From assembly GCA_016933615.1 (NCBI GenBank), contig JAFGAO010000140.1:5320-69319 (forward strand): a stretch of DNA of 64,000 bases, given 5' to 3'. Every line of letters begins with the position of its first letter. Position 1 is the stretch's first letter. Below are positions 58,974-64,000 of the stretch, piece by piece. A program made the position numbers and the translations under genes. The DNA comes from Acidobacteriota bacterium. Lineage in GTDB: Bacteria > Acidobacteriota > UBA6911. The notes under the pieces were generated by a model. That model was not told the origin of the DNA, did no database searches, and saw only the letters and a program-made list of their open reading frames with translations.

Positions 58974-59059
58974 TCAATCTCCTTTCCCGCTTTCCGCTTT
59001 TATGAAACAAAAACCTTTAATGGACAACAACGAGAGCAATCCGACGCCGGCTTCTCGCT

Positions 59060-59671
59060 CTACGCTTCAGGTGAAATCTCCCATGCGCGCTCAAAGAGAA
59101 TCCCGCATTCCCCCGGCATGGCTACAACGCGGAATGCAACGCAGCAGACTTCCGGGGACGTGCTGCGCCGGGCGACACATTTGAGCAAAGGTGAAAAACC
59201 GGGGGCGACAAGAAACAACCGCGGCCGGGCGGAAAAGTTTATCGCGCGCCCCCTGTACATGCGCCTGACAATCGGCGTATTGCGCACGATCCAGTCCGAA
59301 TATGCAATGCCCAGGAGAAGCGATTCGTCCTTCCGGGCCACATCGACGTTCACGATGCAAAGCCGGTCCCGGCTGTCGACGGCCACCAAATCGATGCAGC
59401 CGAACGGGGCGCAGGGTATGTTTTCATCTATCGCGTACAAGCCGTCCTCGAGAACGGCCGCATTCCCTTTTAAAAATCCCAGGACCAACTCCCGGCCGAC
59501 AGCCGGAGAGTCGTGCAATAGAAAAGGAGTCCCGGATGGAGCCCGTTCGGATGGAGCTTTTACCGGCGGGATGCCGGTAATTTCCGCTTTTTCAGCCGGT
59601 TTGTCGGCCGATTGCGTTAGAAACAGGCGAGATAAATCTTCCAACCCCCGGGAGAGCCGCTTTTCCGTCAA
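59060..59671 (-). CDS. Hypothetical ParA-associated protein: N-terminal LSRGLEDL peptide, low-complexity linker, degenerate PD-(D/E)xK/NucS-like domain
   Basis: Probable TTG start at 59671 (track start 59794). GCIDLVAVD...RLCIV...RLFLVAP. Confidence 0.6.
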   Translation of the reverse strand: MTEKRLSRGLEDLSRLFLTQSADKPAEKAEITGIPPVKAPSERAPSGTPFLLHDSPAVGRELVLGFLKGNAAVLEDGLYAIDENIPCAPFGCIDLVAVDSRDRLCIVNVDVARKDESLLLGIAYSDWIVRNTPIVRRMYRGRAINFSARPRLFLVAPGFSPLLKCVARRSTSPEVCCVAFRVVAMPGECGILFERAWEISPEA

Positions 59672-60189
59672 ACGGCTCTCTTGGGCGGAGTCTTCAACCG
59701 GTTTGTTTCGCTGCAGGTCCAAGTTATTAAAAGTAAGCGTATTAGCGCAAAAAATGGGTTTCAAACGGCGGTTATTCGCTTCGAATTCAATCACGGAATC
59801 GCCGGCATTTAATGTGGCATTTCCCTCTATTGCCGCTCTATGGATCCACTTTCCAATGCCGGTTCCATCTTATCAATAAAATCGGCAAAAACAACTATTT
59901 GTTGGGGGAAATATTTTTTATGCCCCAATATGTCGTGGTAATTGGCAATCTGAAAGAGTAGAGGGAACGGAGCTGGATTTCAATGAATGTTTCCCGCGGA
60001 AGGATGATCCCCGGCGCCGCGGCCGACCGGCCGGAACAGGGGGGTCGACAACGATGCCGCGCGGCTTTCTTTGAAAGAGGGCGGCCCACCCTTCCGAAAA
60101 CGGCGCAGCGAAAGGACACCGGCAATGTTCTTGGTTCAAACCCGTATGCCGGTTTCTGCCGTTTTCAAGGAATTACCGCTGCGAAGCGA

Positions 60190-61122
60190 TTATTCGACTG
60201 CAAAAGCGCCCAGGTGAACGACACGGTCATCGACCACAAGTGCGGCCCCGGTCAGATTTTTCCCCGAAAGGCGGACATCTTTCCCTTCGCCGACCGCGTC
60301 GAACTCTTCCTTTCCGGCTTCGACGATGGACTCCAAAAACGCAGCGACATCCTGCGGGGTGCAAGCCGCTTCTTCCCCGGGCCGATCCCCCGCACCCCGG
60401 TCAATCGCATCAAGGCCGTAGCCGTGCAAAAGCTTTGGAAAGAGCTTCTTCAGAGTTTCGGACGAGTCGAACAGGTCCAGCCCGACTATCTTTCCATTAA
60501 TCGCAAACAGCGCACCCGACTGCCCTGCAAGGGATGAAAAGCAACGGGAATAATCCTCGAGCCCGGCCTTCGCATGATTGTAAATATCGCGCACGGCGGA
60601 TGTGTCCGAGAAAACGCCGAACCTCGAAGACTTCTCGGCGATATCGCGCCACACCCGTACCTGATCCGAGTCCCTGCGGCCAGCGGAATGCAGCGAGTTG
60701 CTGACCTGGGCCATCTTCCGGGCGCGCCCTTCGGCGAAATAGGCGCTTTCGGATGATGAAAAGCCTGCGCTGGTGTGACGCCACCGGCCCGCTTCCACGC
60801 AGGAAACCGGGATGATCACGACTTTGCCGCCCGCCACCAGGATACTGAGATTGAGCACCCGGTTCTGCTTCGCTCCGATCAGCTGCTCGCCGTCGAGCAG
60901 GAAAACCGGCTGAGAGCCGGAATTGACGAATTTCAGTTCAGGCACGCTTCCCCCTTCGCTGACCTCCGTCACCTCGGAGCATTTCCGCTCGAGCGCCTCA
61001 TCCAGGGTCAGGTAATCCGTCCCCTTCAAATCGATTCCAAACAGGGGGAAAACCGTCAGGTTCCTGTAAGACGCCGGCTCGCCGACACGGATATTTTTTA
61101 CTACATCACGGATCCATTCCAT
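60190..61122 (-). CDS. ARPP-1 (DUF6569) family protein
   Basis: GGSVPEL...LLDGEQLIGAKQNRVLN...IPVSCVEAGRW, QVRVW, FPKLLHGYGLDA. Confidence 0.8.
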   Translation of the reverse strand: MEWIRDVVKNIRVGEPASYRNLTVFPLFGIDLKGTDYLTLDEALERKCSEVTEVSEGGSVPELKFVNSGSQPVFLLDGEQLIGAKQNRVLNLSILVAGGKVVIIPVSCVEAGRWRHTSAGFSSSESAYFAEGRARKMAQVSNSLHSAGRRDSDQVRVWRDIAEKSSRFGVFSDTSAVRDIYNHAKAGLEDYSRCFSSLAGQSGALFAINGKIVGLDLFDSSETLKKLFPKLLHGYGLDAIDRGAGDRPGEEAACTPQDVAAFLESIVEAGKEEFDAVGEGKDVRLSGKNLTGAALVVDDRVVHLGAFAVE

Positions 61123-61282
61123 AATCCCTCCCGGTCTGTGTGGAACCAGAGTTCAATGATTTTAAAATCGCGGTCCTGCTGCAAGAATGTATGAATTATA
61201 TCAAGGATTTTTGATAAATTAAGGGTGTTTTATCGTAACCGGAGAAAGAATGGTCCGCTGTTAACCCGATATAAGAAATCTC

Positions 61283-64000
61283 ATGAACAATCTACCGGAC
61301 AATCCGGGAGACCCGGAACGGCTGCGCGAGAAATACGGGCGGTTGCTGCGTGAATACGAACGCATAAAAGCTGAAAACAGGCGCCTCAAAGAACGGTTCG
61401 GGCTTGGAGAATCTGACAATGCCGCAAATTTCGCACCCGGATTGAAGCAGGGGAAAAACAGCCCTGATGCGGAAACAATCGACGATATCCCCAATTCGAT
61501 CATATCCAACACATCCGATTCGTCTGAAAAAATCAGGTTGTACATGACTCTTTTTAAAGGCCGGGACGATGTGTACGCCAGGAGGTGGGAGAACAGGAAG
61601 AAAGGAACATCCGGATATTCACCCGTATGCCTGAACGAATGGGTTCCCGGAATATGCGCCAAACCGGAATCTTCCTGTTCCCGGTGCACCCAAAAATCCT
61701 ATGCCGTCCTCGATGAGGCTGTGATCGAAAACCACCTGAGAGGAAACATTGTCGCCGGCATTTACCCCCTTTTCCCGGATGAAACCTGCTGGTTTTTAGC
61801 GATCGATTTCGACGAAGCGGACTGGCAAAAGGACATCCATGCACTGAGAGGGGTTTGTGCGGAATATGCAATTCCTTATGCCGTGGAACGATCCCGGTCC
61901 GGCACAGGCGGCCACATCTGGTTTTTCTTTGAAAATCGGATACCGGCGGCCCTGGCAAGAAAGCTCGGAACCGCGCTCCTGACATATTCCATGAACAGAC
62001 GGCACGAGATCCGATTCCAATCCTACGACCGCCTTTTCCCCAGCCAGGACACGCTTCCCAAAGGCGGTTTCGGGAACCTGATCGCCCTTCCACTGCAAAA
62101 AGCCGCGAGGGAGAACAACAACAGCGAATTCGTGGATGAAAATTTCCGCTCCTATCCCGACCAATGGGCGTTTCTGTCCACTGTCCGGAAGCTTTCCGAA
62201 GAAAGCGTCGAACATCTGATATCGAAGCTCTGCGCCGGTCAGGAACTGGGGGAACTTAAAATCGACCCTGAAGAGGATGACGGGGAAAAGGGAAAACCCT
62301 GGGAAATCAGAAAAACCCCGATCTCCAGAAACGACTTCCCCGGCCGGATTGAAATTGTCCGCGCAAATATGCTCTTTGTCCCGAAGGCCGGAATCTCCCA
62401 AAGGGGGCTCAATCACATAAAGAGGCTGGCATCTTTCAAGAACCCGATGTTTTTCAGACAACAGGCCATGCGCCTGTCGACATACGGACATCCCAGGGTC
62501 ATCTCGTGCGCGGACGAAACCGAAGACTATCTATGCCTGCCGAGAGGGTGCGGGGAGGATCTGTCGAAGGAACTCGGGGAGCTTGGAATCCGTTATCTGT
62601 TCACGGATAAAACCTGGGCCGGCAGAAGCATCGATGTGGAATTCAGGGGGGAGCTTAGAGAGGAGCAATCCCTGGCGCTTCAACAACTGCTGCGGCACGA
62701 AACCGGCATACTTTCAGGAACAACCGCTTTCGGGAAAACAGTTGTGGCCCTCAAGCTGATCGCCGAAAGAAAAGTCAACACGCTCATCCTGGTCGACAAG
62801 GTCAGCCTGCTTTCGCAATGGAAAAAGAAGATTTCCGAGTTCCTGATTATAAATGAAACGCCGGCGGATCCGGCCGAAAGCGCCGGCAAGAAACGCGGAA
62901 GAAAAAAGCAAACGGACCGGGTGGGCCAGCTCGGAGCGGGACGAAACACGCTGAGCGGCATAGTGGACATTGCGGTCATGCAGTCATTGAGCAGGAAGGG
63001 GGAGGTCAGGGATTGCATACGGGACTACGGGATGATCGTGCCCGATGAATGCCATCACGCATCCGCCTTCACCTATGAAAGCATCCTGAAATCCGCCCGG
63101 GCGAAATACATCTGCGGGCTGACCGCCACACCGACTCGCAAGGACGGGCACCATCCGATTTTCTTCATGCACTGCGGCCCCATACGGTACCGGGACAATC
63201 CTCAGAAACAGGCTGCACAAAGGCCATTCGACCATTTTGTCGTCCCGCGTTTTACGTCCTTAAGAATTCCGCCGGGAACCGAGGAAAGGGAAGTTTCCAT
63301 TCAGGATTTGTACTCCGAAATTATCGACAGTGAAATCCGGAACCGACAGATCGTGGACGATGTCCTTGCAAATTACGAACTCGGCAGAAACTGCATCGTT
63401 CTCTCCCTGCGCACCGCGCATGTCGAGAAACTTGCCGTTACTTTGCGCGAATCGGTTCCCGATTCGGACGTCATCACCCTGACGGGAGGGATGGGGGCGA
63501 AAACAACACGGGAAGTCTTGGAGCGCATCTCCGATATCCCCGAGGAAAGGAAGATGATACTGGTGGCCACCGGCCATTTCATAGGGGAAGGCTTCGACGA
63601 ACCGCGCCTCGACACGCTGTTTCTCACCATGCCGATATCGTGGAAAGGCACCCTGCAGCAATATGCAGGGCGCCTCCATCGCCTGTACCGAAACAAAAAG
63701 GAGGTCCGCATTTACGATTATGTCGATGTACAGGTAGGCATGCTGGAAAGAATGTACCGGAGACGGCTCAACGGGTATGCCGCGATGGGTTACAAGGCCA
63801 AAGGGGAAGACCTTCCGTCGGCTCCGATGGACATCATTTATAATCGTGACAGCTTTTTGCCGGTTTTCATCAACGATATGGCCGCCGCACAAAGGCAAAT
63901 TCTGATCGTGAGCCCTTTTGTCAGAAGGAGACGCGCCTTGCAGATGTTGCAGCAGCTGAAGACCGCGATATCCGGCAATGTGCGTGTTGTCGTCGTTACC
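61283..64000 (+). CDS. TOTE-type archaeo-eukaryotic primase plus SF2 helicase plus start of a PLD-like domain (3'-truncated by window edge)
   Basis: Open frame from ATG 61283, not in the ORF track. LFKGRDDVYA, AIDFD, ERSRSGTGGHIW, GGFGNLIALPLQ, AFGKT, DECHH, GLTATP, EGFD, QYAGRLHR, LIVSPF. Confidence 0.9.
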   Translation, partial: MNNLPDNPGDPERLREKYGRLLREYERIKAENRRLKERFGLGESDNAANFAPGLKQGKNSPDAETIDDIPNSIISNTSDSSEKIRLYMTLFKGRDDVYARRWENRKKGTSGYSPVCLNEWVPGICAKPESSCSRCTQKSYAVLDEAVIENHLRGNIVAGIYPLFPDETCWFLAIDFDEADWQKDIHALRGVCAEYAIPYAVERSRSGTGGHIWFFFENRIPAALARKLGTALLTYSMNRRHEIRFQSYDRLFPSQDTLPKGGFGNLIALPLQKAARENNNSEFVDENFRSYPDQWAFLSTVRKLSEESVEHLISKLCAGQELGELKIDPEEDDGEKGKPWEIRKTPISRNDFPGRIEIVRANMLFVPKAGISQRGLNHIKRLASFKNPMFFRQQAMRLSTYGHPRVISCADETEDYLCLPRGCGEDLSKELGELGIRYLFTDKTWAGRSIDVEFRGELREEQSLALQQLLRHETGILSGTTAFGKTVVALKLIAERKVNTLILVDKVSLLSQWKKKISEFLIINETPADPAESAGKKRGRKKQTDRVGQLGAGRNTLSGIVDIAVMQSLSRKGEVRDCIRDYGMIVPDECHHASAFTYESILKSARAKYICGLTATPTRKDGHHPIFFMHCGPIRYRDNPQKQAAQRPFDHFVVPRFTSLRIPPGTEEREVSIQDLYSEIIDSEIRNRQIVDDVLANYELGRNCIVLSLRTAHVEKLAVTLRESVPDSDVITLTGGMGAKTTREVLERISDIPEERKMILVATGHFIGEGFDEPRLDTLFLTMPISWKGTLQQYAGRLHRLYRNKKEVRIYDYVDVQVGMLERMYRRRLNGYAAMGYKAKGEDLPSAPMDIIYNRDSFLPVFINDMAAAQRQILIVSPFVRRRRALQMLQQLKTAISGNVRVVVVT

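Noticed and set aside
1-64000. CRISPR arrays, rRNA, intact tRNA, transposase or integrase, prophage genes
   Set aside because: No regularly spaced repeats or diagnostic motifs were seen on either strand by manual reading.

Overview
GC-rich bacterial window with about 50 intact genes and at least 8 gene remnants. The gene set (STAS protein, B12 radical SAM, lipoprotein glycosidases) suggests an anaerobic or facultative Acidobacteriota-like organism; this is an inference. Layout: (1) 0-20 kb carbohydrate and ester catabolism (UxaE, GH65-like, GH3, CE1-type esterase, GH27, type-B carboxylesterase coupled to a ComD/ComE-like TPP decarboxylase) plus transporters. (2) 20-25 kb a split YeeE/YedE pair followed by a cluster of pseudogene scars. 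(3) 25.5-32 kb a selenium module: LysR divergent from yedE-DUF3343-ribokinase-fold-tusA-selD. selD is a selenoprotein with an in-frame UGA and SECIS-like hairpin that the ORF track splits, and a downstream porin shares the LysR-type box. (4) 32-45 kb RNA-binding, helicase, transport and stress genes. (5) 46-51.5 kb nrfHA (NrfA with CxxCH at heme 1) divergent from qNor, with FNR-type boxes between them. (6) 52-64 kb accessory region: AAA-DUF4143, GH51, an orphan ParA with a partner carrying a ParB-like N-terminal peptide, ARPP-1, and a primase-helicase-PLD fusion that runs off the window and is absent from the ORF track. A 26-nt tRNA-Sec-like 3' end at 45.5 kb may be an att scar. No CRISPR array, rRNA, complete tRNA or transposase was seen. 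All family assignments come from motif recognition by eye, not database searches.
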